Notes: generated by a model from the sequence alone, not told the origin. 64,000 bases of DNA from Phycisphaerae bacterium (GCA_963666835.2 CAXXGO010000001.1:1920001-1984000); one strand, 5' to 3'; shown: positions 52,096-61,724, counted from the stretch's first letter. Numbers and translations are program-made.

Positions 52096-52434
52096 ATGGA
52101 GCTGTTAGTTGATTTGGTGATTGGCTCGGTGATTGAGTGGGCGATCCTGATGATTGTGATTCCCATCGCACAGCGCCTGGCGGATTTCTCCATGCCCGGT
52201 GCCGTGGAGATGGCATGGAAACTAGCGGCTATTGTTCTGCTCAAGAACATCGTCGGTAGCGGGTTGGGTTCGGCGGTCGGCGGGTTTGGTGGAGGCCTTG
52301 CCGCTATCGCGGTATTCTGGGGTGGGCTGTATAAGGTCTTCGATTTAGACATTTTCGGGGCCGTGATTATTCTGGTGGCCTCTTGGATCGTCAATACCTA
52401 CGTGGCAACGGCTCTAATGGCCGCGTTCGCGTAG
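52096..52434 (+). CDS. Small hypothetical membrane protein
   Basis: Four hydrophobic helices and a strong AAGGAGAAGG RBS. Confidence 0.75.
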   Translation: MELLVDLVIGSVIEWAILMIVIPIAQRLADFSMPGAVEMAWKLAAIVLLKNIVGSGLGSAVGGFGGGLAAIAVFWGGLYKVFDLDIFGAVIILVASWIVNTYVATALMAAFA

Positions 52435-52500
52435 GAACGGACGACATTTAAGGAGTCCGGCGGCTGAGCCGGTCGGTCTTCGGTCTTGGAGGGTCAAGCT

Positions 52501-53583
52501 GTGGCGACTTGTCGCTGCCCGTGCGGGGCGAGTTACCGGGTACCCGATTCGGCGCTGGGAAGGCAGGCCAAGTGCAAACGCTGCGGAAGTTATTTCACGC
52601 TTGAGGCGGAAGATGACGGGCTGTTTACGATTGCAGATGAGATTGGGGCGGGCGGCTCTTCGAATCAGGGCGGGGCGGAAGCGGCGTTAGGCGTTGCGGG
52701 CGGGCGGGTTGAGCCGACTCTACCTCCGCAATCGGTGACCTTCGAGGGGCTCGCCGGAACCGCGGCAGCACGCGGGGGGAGCGGTTCGATCGGCCGAGGA
52801 ACCGCTCGGGGGTACGCTTCCGACGTGCTTTGGTCGTTTCTGTTTCTTGCTAATCCGGGGAATCTGGCGTCGTTCCTGGTGATCTGGCTGGCGTTAGTGC
52901 TTGGCGAGTACACGTGTCTCCCGTTGGGAGTGATGGCGACCTTGTGGTTCGCCGCGTTTCGGCTCAACGTTGTTGTTTGCGCTGCTTCCGGTGAGAACTA
53001 CCTGCCGGACGTCCATTTCCTGACGGATATCTTCTCGAATCTGGTCTGGCCTTGCGTTCAATGGACGGGCACCTGGTTAATAGTGCTCACGCCGGCCCTT
53101 GCGTATGAGTACGTAACTGGAACTCGGGGAGTGTTTGCCTGGGCGGCGGTGTATGAGAAGATGAGTGGCGGACTCGGGGCGTTGCTCGGAGGATCGGTTT
53201 CCGGCGTGACGGTGTTGGACGTGCTAATCTACCTTGGGATTGCCGCGTGGCCGATGGTGGTTCTTTGCGTTGCTATGGGCGGATTCGGCTCGTTGTGCCG
53301 CGCGGATCTGATTTGTGTGACGATTGTACGGACGTTTCCGGTCTATCTGATCACGCTGGCGTTGATGTTCGGAGCGGTTTTTCTGCAGGAGGCGGCACAG
53401 TCTCTTGCGGCTGCGGGCGTCGGGCCCAAGGCCGGTCGGTCCTCGGGCGGTACCACCGGGATTTGGATCGTTGCGGCGGTGTTGTTGAGAGGCGCTGAGA
53501 TATACGTTGACATAGTCCTGATGCGACTGATCGGCCTCTACTATCATCACTTCAAGGAGAAGTTTGCCTGGTCTTGGGGTTGA
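52501..53583 (+). CDS. Membrane protein with N-terminal zinc finger
   Basis: CPCGASYRVPDSALGRQAKCKRCG, then TM helices and a GLYYHHFKEKFAW end. GTG start with GGAGG RBS. Confidence 0.78.
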   Translation: MATCRCPCGASYRVPDSALGRQAKCKRCGSYFTLEAEDDGLFTIADEIGAGGSSNQGGAEAALGVAGGRVEPTLPPQSVTFEGLAGTAAARGGSGSIGRGTARGYASDVLWSFLFLANPGNLASFLVIWLALVLGEYTCLPLGVMATLWFAAFRLNVVVCAASGENYLPDVHFLTDIFSNLVWPCVQWTGTWLIVLTPALAYEYVTGTRGVFAWAAVYEKMSGGLGALLGGSVSGVTVLDVLIYLGIAAWPMVVLCVAMGGFGSLCRADLICVTIVRTFPVYLITLALMFGAVFLQEAAQSLAAAGVGPKAGRSSGGTTGIWIVAAVLLRGAEIYVDIVLMRLIGLYYHHFKEKFAWSWG

Positions 53584-53662
53584 CGAGGTTATGCGGCGCA
53601 AGACCGCCGCGCCCCGTGGCGGCTCGCGATACACTTGTGGACACCGGCTCCGCCCGCAGTCG

Positions 53663-54139
53663 CTACCAGTCAAGTACGATGCTCAGCGCGATCGTAACCG
53701 CCCCAAGGGCTATCGCACAGATCGCCCGTGGGTAATCCGGGTACACCTTGTAGTAGTCGCGTAAGATCTGCGGGATCTGTCCGACGCGGAGTACGCTTAG
53801 CCCCAGAAAGAGGGCGGCTATGCCACCGAGTATGGACATGCCGCGAAGCGCGATTCCGATTCCAGTGCCGGTCCGGACTGCGCTTACCCCAACAAAGACC
53901 ATGGCAATCGCGCCGAGAATGACCCCGCGCCGGGCTCCCTCGTTTGCGCCCTTAACCTGAAAGGTCAACTGTCGGTACTCTGCGATCTTGTCGCGCCATT
54001 CCTTGGCGACGAAGTAAGTGCCACATTCCGAGCACTTCGGTGATACGGCTCCGGTCAGATTGTATCCGCAGGATAGGCAGAATCGCGGCGGTTCGGATGA
54101 GTGTCCGGTGCTGCTGTCGGGTTGGTTTGGTGTGCTCAT
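53663..54139 (-). CDS. Zinc-ribbon membrane protein (hypothetical)
   Basis: CLSCGYNLTGAVSPKCSECG plus 3 TM helices. Overlaps the K+ channel stop by 4 bp. Confidence 0.78.
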   Translation of the reverse strand: MSTPNQPDSSTGHSSEPPRFCLSCGYNLTGAVSPKCSECGTYFVAKEWRDKIAEYRQLTFQVKGANEGARRGVILGAIAMVFVGVSAVRTGTGIGIALRGMSILGGIAALFLGLSVLRVGQIPQILRDYYKVYPDYPRAICAIALGAVTIALSIVLDW

Positions 54140-55131
54140 CGAATCTCGTCGATCTGGTTGGACACGCCCGCCGGTCCGACCAGGACCAGAGTATCACCGA
54201 CGCTCAACGAAGCATCCGGGTCGGGGTTGAACAGGGTCTGACCGTCGGCCTGCTTGATGGCTACCACGCTTGCACCGGTTCGTTCGCGAAGCGCTGAATC
54301 CCGCAGAGTAGTCCCCGCCAGCGGAGATGCCGGGCTAACGATATACTCGTCAATCTCCAGATCGACTCCCTTGTTGGACATCTCTACCAGGTCGACCACG
54401 TTGGGGCGGGTGAGAATGTTGGCGATTCGCTGAGCCCCCATGATCTGCGGGCATATAACACGGGCTGCCCCGGCGCGCAGGAGCTTAGCCTCGGTGGCCG
54501 GCTGCTCCGCGCGGGCGATGATGTGAAGATCGGGCCGAAGCGTATACGCCGTCAGCGTTATGTAGACGTTATTGGCGTCGTGGGGCAGCACCGCCACCAG
54601 TGAACGGGCCCTCATCAGACCGGCCGCCTGCAGGACCTCGTCATTAGTCGCGTCCCCAATAACGTACGGAACACCCATGCCCTGCAGGGTATTCTCTTTC
54701 TTCGGATCACTCTCCACGATGACCAGCGGCACGTTACGCCGCATCATTTCTTGGGCGGCTAACGATCCCATGCGCCCACAACCGCACAAGATCGTATGCC
54801 GGCGAAGGTCCTTGATCTTGGATTCCATCCTTTTTCTCTCGCGAACGGAGCGTAGTTCACCACTGATAAACAAGGATATCAACGACGTGAAGGCGACGAA
54901 GACGGTCGTGATTCCGATTACAATCACGCCGATTGTCCAGACCCGCCCGGCCGGGCTGGGATCCCAGACCTCGCCATAGCCTACCCCGCTGACGGTAATC
55001 ACCGTCATGTAGGCAGCATCCAGGAATGACGGGTGGCGATCCTGCTCGATGATCATGTATCCCGTCGTGCCGATGATAAGGACGGCCACCAGGGTCAGGA
55101 TTGCCAGTATGAGGCGAAAACGCGGCGACAC
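54136..55131 (-). CDS. Two-TM potassium channel with RCK (TrkA-N/TrkA-C) domains
   Basis: Pore helix YMTVITVSGVGYGE, CGCGRMG, GDAT and IIARA, followed by a TrkA-C domain. Confidence 0.92.
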   Translation of the reverse strand: MSPRFRLILAILTLVAVLIIGTTGYMIIEQDRHPSFLDAAYMTVITVSGVGYGEVWDPSPAGRVWTIGVIVIGITTVFVAFTSLISLFISGELRSVRERKRMESKIKDLRRHTILCGCGRMGSLAAQEMMRRNVPLVIVESDPKKENTLQGMGVPYVIGDATNDEVLQAAGLMRARSLVAVLPHDANNVYITLTAYTLRPDLHIIARAEQPATEAKLLRAGAARVICPQIMGAQRIANILTRPNVVDLVEMSNKGVDLEIDEYIVSPASPLAGTTLRDSALRERTGASVVAIKQADGQTLFNPDPDASLSVGDTLVLVGPAGVSNQIDEIR

Positions 55132-55411
55132 AGACGATTCCTCGCTCCATCAACGGATGCAACGCCACCAGCCGGATGCTCCGAAGTCTAGCGGTAGATC
55201 GATCCGGCGCACAGCCCGAGCCCGTTTCAGCTTCGACAGAAGACGGCTCCTGAGCGAATAGAGGGCACCGTTGGTGGGAACGGTTGTCCGTTCGCGTGCA
55301 GGATGACGCTTTGTGGGTTAGTTCGGCGATCTCCGGGGCCTACCCGCTCTGGCTGCCGGCGTTTGCGGGCGTTATGGTGGTCGCTCAAAGTGCTGTGTCT
55401 GTGTCTGCTGG

Positions 55412-56608
55412 GTGGATGACATTGTGAAACGAGCGATCGTAGCAGGGGCGACTTCTCACGGTCTGGGCATCACGCGGTTGTTGCTTTCCAAGGGGTATCA
55501 GGTCCAACTCGTCGATCAGCAGGAGGCGGTTCTGGCCAGCGCCCGAGCGGATCTGGCCGACCTGCTACGCAAGACTGGCGGGCAGCGGGTTGGAGAACTG
55601 CGAACCTCGGGGGCGCCGTCGGAAGTTGACTCGCCGGATTTGGCGGTTGAGACAGGTACCGGCACAGTGGCGGAGAAGCGGGCGGCGCTGGCCGCGTTGG
55701 AGGCGGTGGTTCCGCCGTCGGCTCTTTTGATTACTAGTTCCCCACTTGTTTCGGTCAGTTCCGTTGCGGTTGGCGCGCAAGAACCGGCGCGGGTGATAGG
55801 GCTGAACATCCCCGGAGTTTCCGAAGAAACGCAGGTTGCGGAAGTCGTGGCTGGGCAGAAGAGCGATGAGGCGGTGATCGATCGCATGTTCAAGATCGTG
55901 AAATCGTGGGGCAAGACCCCCGTGCGCGTCGCCGACAGCCCGGGGCTTATAGTAGATCGAATTCTCTGCAGCTACTACCTGGAGGCCCAGCGGGTCCTGG
56001 CCGACGGAATCGGCGGAGTGGATGAAATCGACGGCATTATGCGAACGTACGGCCGGTTCAAGCTGGGGCCGTTTGAGGCGATGGACTCGGTCGGCCTTGA
56101 TTTGGATCTTGTGCTGACGACGTCAATCTGGGAACGGCTGGGCAGGCCTCGGAGACTTCAGCCGCACGCGGCCCAGCGGAAGCTGGTTGAGCGGGGTTTC
56201 ACCGGGCGAGGCTCCGGCCGGGGCTTCTACCTTCACGACTCGGACGGAGTGCTGCCCGCCTGGATTGTAGATCGTAGGAGCTTTGAACTCTCGCCGCTGC
56301 ACTCGGATGCGATGGTCACTTTCGCGGCTCGAGCCGGAGCGATCAACGCGGCCGGCACGGAACAGTACATCTTCAGTCGAATCCTCGCGGCCGTGATCAA
56401 CGAGGCCGGTTGGGTATTCGAAGAGAGCGTTGCGAGCCCCCGCGACATCGATTTTGCGATGGTCCTCGGCGCGGATTTCCCACAAGGGCCCCTGGCGTGG
56501 TCGGACGACATCGGACACCGGACGATCCGCGGCTTTCTGCACGGTGCCGCAGGGGTGGTAGGGGATGATCGCTATCAACCCGCTCCGCTATTCGAGCGGG
56601 CGACCTGA
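55412..56608 (+). CDS. 3-hydroxyacyl-CoA dehydrogenase-like protein (degenerate N-terminal domain, duplicated C-terminal domain)
   Basis: WGKTPVRVADSPGLIVDR, LGPFEAMDSVGLD, GRGSGRGFY and DIDFAMVLGADFPQGPL. Confidence 0.82.
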   Translation: MDDIVKRAIVAGATSHGLGITRLLLSKGYQVQLVDQQEAVLASARADLADLLRKTGGQRVGELRTSGAPSEVDSPDLAVETGTGTVAEKRAALAALEAVVPPSALLITSSPLVSVSSVAVGAQEPARVIGLNIPGVSEETQVAEVVAGQKSDEAVIDRMFKIVKSWGKTPVRVADSPGLIVDRILCSYYLEAQRVLADGIGGVDEIDGIMRTYGRFKLGPFEAMDSVGLDLDLVLTTSIWERLGRPRRLQPHAAQRKLVERGFTGRGSGRGFYLHDSDGVLPAWIVDRRSFELSPLHSDAMVTFAARAGAINAAGTEQYIFSRILAAVINEAGWVFEESVASPRDIDFAMVLGADFPQGPLAWSDDIGHRTIRGFLHGAAGVVGDDRYQPAPLFERAT

Positions 56609-56646
56609 GCGGACAGGCCGCGTCTGGGATACGCCTGCCCGGCACG

Positions 56647-57057
56647 TCACTCCTCGGGCGCCATCGTGGCGAGTTGCCCATGAGCGACACCGCGCATCGC
56701 TTGAATACGATCGGTGAACGCCTGGACGTCGCGGTGCTTGCCGGCAAGAACGATGGTGACGTAATCTCGGTTCCGATCGATCGTCGAGTACATGGTTCCG
56801 CGAATCAGCGATTGGGCGGCGACGAGGCACTCGCGAAGGCGCGAGCCAACCTCGCCGATCCGGTTGTCACAGACGAATGTCAAAACCACTGACACGCGGT
56901 CATCACTCTCGGCCGGGCGGCTGCAGAGCAGCGCGTCGCGGATCATATCGCGAACCGCCTCAGACCTGTTCTCGTAGCCCATTGCGGCAATGTAACCATC
57001 AAACGCCGCGAGCAACTCGGTGTCGAGAGAAACGCTGAACCGATCAGTCTGGGACAT
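56647..57057 (-). CDS. nikR: NikR-like ribbon-helix-helix regulator
   Basis: RFSVSLD...GYENRSEAVRDMIR and an ACT-like C-terminus ending RGVAHGQL. Confidence 0.75.
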   Translation of the reverse strand: MSQTDRFSVSLDTELLAAFDGYIAAMGYENRSEAVRDMIRDALLCSRPAESDDRVSVVLTFVCDNRIGEVGSRLRECLVAAQSLIRGTMYSTIDRNRDYVTIVLAGKHRDVQAFTDRIQAMRGVAHGQLATMAPEE

Positions 57058-58333
57058 GTTTGCCCTTTCTCGCAGAATGAGCCGCTGAACGGGCTCCCGG
57101 AATCAGCTCGGAGACGTTCAAAGCTGCCGGCCGACATTGCGGCGCCGGTTTGCCGTCTGTCATAAGCGCGACATGCATGAGAGATGCGTTCGGCTCGAAT
57201 ACCACGCTGTGGTGCGTGGCGATTTCGGCGATTGCCACGCTGTCGAGCAGAGTCCACGCTGTTTCACGGTCTAAGTACTGCTGAGCGTCTTGCAGGGTCG
57301 AGGCGAGCACGCTGTCGATCTTCGCGAAACGCCCGCAAGTAACCGGTGGAGTGCGCTTACGGTAGTGGTTGGTACACGCGAGATAGGGCACGTTCGCGTC
57401 AGGGAGTCGTTCGGTAACGCCGTTGGTGTGGGTGTGATCTCCGTCGAACTCGAAGACCGCTGCCGCGGGTCCGGCACCGGTATAAGGTCTCGTTACCATC
57501 ATGTTGTTGCCGACTGTACACGCACGTTTGCGAAGAACCTGCGCAACGTCGGCGAAGGCGGTAGCCGCTTTGGCTGATTCGATTGCGTCGCGGAAGGTGA
57601 GAATGTACGGAGTGTAACCGGTTGCGGTCGTCGGCTTGAAGCCTCTAGCGTCGTGGGTGGCAATCGACACTCCTTCGCTGTTCATTCCCGTGAGGCACCC
57701 GATTACTCCGGGCCACGTGACCGAGACCCAGCCCAGGCGGTCCGAGTCGGGCGGGGCGGCTCGGGCCACGATGATCTGCGTCCCCGCCAGCGCCGGGATC
57801 GGGTACCAGTCCATATTGCGTCCGGCGAGCGTCTTGCCGCCTTTGGTCATAGAGCCCCAAGCGGCGAATGATGAACATCCCAGCCGCGAGAGGTCCGGCA
57901 CGCAGTTGGCCGCGACCAGGTCCTCGTATCGAAAGGCCCGCCCTACCGAAGGAAGTTGGACCGGTCCCCCCGCGCGGGCTTCGAGACCCGCGAGTATGCC
58001 GCGCAGCTCCGCCTCGTAGCGCGGGGCAATCACCATTATGCCGAGCTTGGGCAGGACCGCTTCTTCGTATCCCTGCGGGCTTCCTCCGACGGCACCGCTG
58101 GAAAGGAATCCGTCCCAAAGGTCAACCACGTCCTGTCCGATGAGGTATCCCTGGGCGAAGCCTTGTTTGCTTAGCGTACCCCACAAGCGCAGCACGCGGA
58201 CCCCATCCACGACGCTGAGTTCGCCGGTAACCTGTTTGGGCTCCGATCCGCCCGCCAAAGCCGGCCCGGACAGCAAGGGGAGAATCGCTACGAACAACAG
58301 CCGCGTGAGGTTCCGTTTCGTTGCCATGCTCAT
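57044..58333 (-). CDS. Secreted C45 family (Ntn-hydrolase) acyltransferase/peptidase
   Basis: Signal peptide, autocleavage site G|CSSFAAWG, GRNMDW, GMNSEG and TNHY. Confidence 0.88.
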   Translation of the reverse strand: MSMATKRNLTRLLFVAILPLLSGPALAGGSEPKQVTGELSVVDGVRVLRLWGTLSKQGFAQGYLIGQDVVDLWDGFLSSGAVGGSPQGYEEAVLPKLGIMVIAPRYEAELRGILAGLEARAGGPVQLPSVGRAFRYEDLVAANCVPDLSRLGCSSFAAWGSMTKGGKTLAGRNMDWYPIPALAGTQIIVARAAPPDSDRLGWVSVTWPGVIGCLTGMNSEGVSIATHDARGFKPTTATGYTPYILTFRDAIESAKAATAFADVAQVLRKRACTVGNNMMVTRPYTGAGPAAAVFEFDGDHTHTNGVTERLPDANVPYLACTNHYRKRTPPVTCGRFAKIDSVLASTLQDAQQYLDRETAWTLLDSVAIAEIATHHSVVFEPNASLMHVALMTDGKPAPQCRPAALNVSELIPGARSAAHSARKGKHVPD

Positions 58334-58345
58334 TGTCCTGTTCCA

Positions 58346-58481
58346 CGTAACGCGGGCGTCCTGTCTGCACGATCGTAACGCAGATATCCTGTCTGCAAAA
58401 TCGTAACGCAGACATCCTGTCTGCATCTTCAGACGTTTCGATATTCTACCGCCCATCCAGCAGCCTGGAAGCCTGCGTTAC
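58346..58481. repeat. REP family B: three tandem copies (28-bp period) plus one inverted copy
   Basis: CGTAACGCAGA(T/C)ATCCTGTCTGCA-like units at 58346, 58374 and 58402, and inverted GCAGCCTGGAAGCCTGCGTTAC at 58460-58481. Confidence 0.85.
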
Positions 58482-58903
58482 CGCGGCACCAATAGAGCGG
58501 AAGCGAGTACGGGCTAATCTGCCTCAGTGCGGATGTTCCAGCTTAACGATGCTGCAGGGATGCGATCCGAAATCCGATCCGACCGGCCCGCCGGTGCTCG
58601 ACAACAAGCTCCCGATTACTTACCCTATGTGTAATCGTGCGGGATCAGCCCGGCCACGCGAGCAGAGACCGCGTGCTTTTTTGCAGGAGGCGACGAGCGC
58701 GGGATGCGTCGGGGAAGTCTGGGTCATTTCAAGACGCTTTTCTGCTAACTCAGTCCGGGCGATGGAGCGGGATCCACTCGTTGCGGTCCGGTTGTCCGCG
58801 CGACTGCGCTGCGAGTGTTGCCGCGCGGCTAGTCCCGGGTTCCGTTGGGAACGCGTGACACCGGAGTCGATGGTGTTCTTTGAGCCACACAGGAGATCGT
58901 CTT

Positions 58904-61555
58904 ATGCCTATCAGAACCGAACAGATCATGCCGAATCTTGGACTCAGGAACGTGGCTTCTGTTGCTTGCATGAGGAGTCTGCGGGTGGCGGCGTCTTTCG
59001 TAGTGCTTGTCACGCTGGCTGGATGCCCGGGCGCGTCGCAGGAGGAACCCCCGCCGCTCAACCTGGGTCAGAGCGTGCCGGTAAGCAGTGCCACGGTCGA
59101 CGCAGAGGGCGGGACGATCAACCTTGCGGATGCGACGGGCGTTCTCGAAGGCATTACTATCGAGGTGCCCGCGGGCGCTCTGGAGGAATCGACCACCTTC
59201 AACCTGTCATACCGGCCGATCGAGAGCCACACCCTCGGCAGCGAGTTTAACCCGGTCACACCGGTAATTACCATAGACAATGGCGATGTAACTGCGACTG
59301 AGCCGATCCTGGTCACCGTGCCGGTCGAGATAGCCGAAGACGAGCATGTCATGGCCTTCATCTATGACGAAGAGACCGGCCGGTTCGAGGCTCTCGCCGA
59401 GATTGACCACGACGCGACCTCATTCACGTTCGCAACCACGCATTTCTGTGATATTCTGCTTAACAAGGTCTTCTGGCAGTTGCTGCTCGACGACTTTCCT
59501 TCCGGGTTCCAACTTCAGCATGACAACTGGCAATATGATAACCCGGGGACCTTCTTGTCTTCGGGCGGTATTTGCTCTGGCATGAGCGCCACGGCGTTAT
59601 ACTACTACCTGGAGAAGAAGACCAAAGACAACCAGCCGGAGCTGTTCGGACGGTACGACAACGACGGCGACACGCAGAATCCGACTCCGGATTTCGGCGA
59701 GGACGATTCGAATGCCATCTATATTGCCGCCACTGCACAGTGGTATCGAGAGAACTACCAGTCCTCGAAGCTCGAGTATTGGTACAACATTGCCAGAGAG
59801 AAGGACGACATGTGGACGTTCCTGATGTTCGCGCACGCGATTATGATGACTGATGAGCCCCAATATGTGGCGATCTTCAACGAAGATTATAAGACCGGGC
59901 ACGCTTTGATTGTCTACAAGAAGATGGGCGATACATTGTATGTGGCCGATCCCAATGAGCCCAATATCGAGAACAAAATCACCTACAAGTACGACGCGGA
60001 CGGCGTACTTCACTTCGAGCCGTACAAGTTCCGAACGAGATCCGGAATCTCTGCGACCGATTACACGGAGGTGATCTTCGTGGGACATCGAGACGTTGTT
60101 GCGTGGGAGGATCTGAAGGAACTCTGGGAGAAGATGGACGACGGCACGGTTGGTGATGAGTTCCCCCAGTACCACTTCGTGGTGCTCGAGGAGGACGCGG
60201 CCGGCAACACGACCGAGGTTCCGTTTCTGGACGGCTACAGTACGGAAGAGAGTGAGATCACTCTGAAGATCGTCACGGACGGCCACAAGTGGTTCACTCC
60301 GCGGCTGACCTGGTACGACCAGGATCAAACGGAACGCGGCCAAGTCGAAGGCGAGACCATCGAGGTGACCCTCAGTGACGGGGATAACCGCGTCGGGATC
60401 CTGGCGGAGGCGGATCCGGCGGATCTGGACGATCCGGACGAGGATGACGATTGGGCCTGGACGGGCTTCGACTGGTTCAACGTAGAGCGCAAGACGGATA
60501 ATGCCACGACGATCGGTACAACGATAATCAGTCCCGTAAACGGTTCCACGTACACGACGGATGATACGATTATGTTCAGTGGAACCGGGGCCGACGCCGA
60601 TGGGAACCCGCTTACCGGTTCGTCGCTGGTGTGGACGTCGAACCGCGACGGCGAGTTGGGTACCGGCGAGTCGTTCACGAAGTCGCTATCCGAAAACACG
60701 CACCAGATCACTCTGACGGCCACGGATGCCAACGGGCAAGAGACCATCGATCACATCACTATCATAGTCGGCGCCGGCGCGGAACCGACCATTACGGTAT
60801 GGTACGACGGAGAGCTCGTCGATGACGCGAATATGTTGATCCGTGACGAACCGGTTGTCGAAGTAGGGACTACCGAAAACCTCGAGTTCACCATTAAGAA
60901 CACGGGTGCGGCACCGCTCCAAATCATCGTGCCGCTCGAGATCCGCGAAGAGGACCAAGGCGAGTTTGCGATAGTCCGCGAGCCGGAGGCGACAGTCGAT
61001 CCGGGCGAGTCGACTACGTTCGTGTTGGCGTTCACTCCGCAAGATCTAGGCTACGGCCAGACGTCAATCTACGTCGAGAGCAACGGCTTCCACGGGTACG
61101 ACTACGGCGTCCACATAAACATAATGGCGGATTATCCGTGGACGTACTACGCCTTCATAGATGAGGTGAGCGGGCTGATGTGGCAGAAGAAGTCGTGGCT
61201 GGATACCACCGGATGGGCGGTTCCGCGGGATTGGCAGGACGCTACAGACTACTGTGCAAACCTGGAACTGGCCGGTTACGATGATTGGCGCATGCCCAGC
61301 AAGGATGAGGTCGTGGATATCCTCGGCGGCTATGACGAGGACAACCAGTCATACGCCCATGCTTGTGCGGACTCGCCGAGCTGCCTGGAGTTTGAGTCCT
61401 CGGCGGGCGTTTATGGTTATGAGCATTGGACTTCCACGCCGCACGATGACGCCGGCGACTACTGGTCGGTGAAGTTCTCGAACGGGTACCTCAATCATCG
61501 GGCGGGGGAATACACGGGTGTCGATACGCATTGCGTTCGCGAAAGCGGAGAGTAA
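58904..61555 (+). CDS. Large surface lipoprotein: ZU5-like region, Ig/PKD-like and ASH-like domains, C-terminal DUF1566 (CLec-fold) domain
   Basis: AGGAG RBS, lipobox LAGC, VDAEGGTI...IEVPAGAL...TTHF, WTSNRDGELGTG, FTIKNTG and SGLMWQK...CANLELAGYDDWRMPS...WTST...CVR. Confidence 0.8.
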   Translation: MPIRTEQIMPNLGLRNVASVACMRSLRVAASFVVLVTLAGCPGASQEEPPPLNLGQSVPVSSATVDAEGGTINLADATGVLEGITIEVPAGALEESTTFNLSYRPIESHTLGSEFNPVTPVITIDNGDVTATEPILVTVPVEIAEDEHVMAFIYDEETGRFEALAEIDHDATSFTFATTHFCDILLNKVFWQLLLDDFPSGFQLQHDNWQYDNPGTFLSSGGICSGMSATALYYYLEKKTKDNQPELFGRYDNDGDTQNPTPDFGEDDSNAIYIAATAQWYRENYQSSKLEYWYNIAREKDDMWTFLMFAHAIMMTDEPQYVAIFNEDYKTGHALIVYKKMGDTLYVADPNEPNIENKITYKYDADGVLHFEPYKFRTRSGISATDYTEVIFVGHRDVVAWEDLKELWEKMDDGTVGDEFPQYHFVVLEEDAAGNTTEVPFLDGYSTEESEITLKIVTDGHKWFTPRLTWYDQDQTERGQVEGETIEVTLSDGDNRVGILAEADPADLDDPDEDDDWAWTGFDWFNVERKTDNATTIGTTIISPVNGSTYTTDDTIMFSGTGADADGNPLTGSSLVWTSNRDGELGTGESFTKSLSENTHQITLTATDANGQETIDHITIIVGAGAEPTITVWYDGELVDDANMLIRDEPVVEVGTTENLEFTIKNTGAAPLQIIVPLEIREEDQGEFAIVREPEATVDPGESTTFVLAFTPQDLGYGQTSIYVESNGFHGYDYGVHINIMADYPWTYYAFIDEVSGLMWQKKSWLDTTGWAVPRDWQDATDYCANLELAGYDDWRMPSKDEVVDILGGYDEDNQSYAHACADSPSCLEFESSAGVYGYEHWTSTPHDDAGDYWSVKFSNGYLNHRAGEYTGVDTHCVRESGE

Positions 61556-61673
61556 GACGCGGCAGTAACACTGCACCGCCGCGGTAGATTATGCACGACG
61601 CAGAAGTGGTGGGCTGGTAGAAGTGGAAAGATCGCTTGGACGTGCGGCGTGGTTCTACCCGTAGCGAAGCCTG

Positions 61674-61714
61674 AACGGGTGGCATAGGCCGGTTTGTCGC
61701 CTATGCCACCCGTT
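61674..61714. terminator. Perfect 16-bp inverted repeat between convergent genes (probable bidirectional terminator, possibly REP-derived)
   Basis: AACGGGTGGCATAGGC-N9-GCCTATGCCACCCGTT. Confidence 0.7.
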
Positions 61715-61724
61715 TGGCTTCGGA

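Noticed and set aside
58346..58425. Tandem palindromic repeats as a CRISPR array
   Set aside because: Linkers are only 4 nt with no spacer-sized unique sequence. There are no cas genes, and the same unit occurs dispersed and inverted elsewhere, which is REP behaviour.
61400..61720. Diversity-generating retroelement targeting the DUF1566 C-terminus (or the FGE domain near 43250-43430)
   Set aside because: No reverse transcriptase and no adenine-variant template repeat was found in the window. A remote DGR cannot be excluded without the whole genome.
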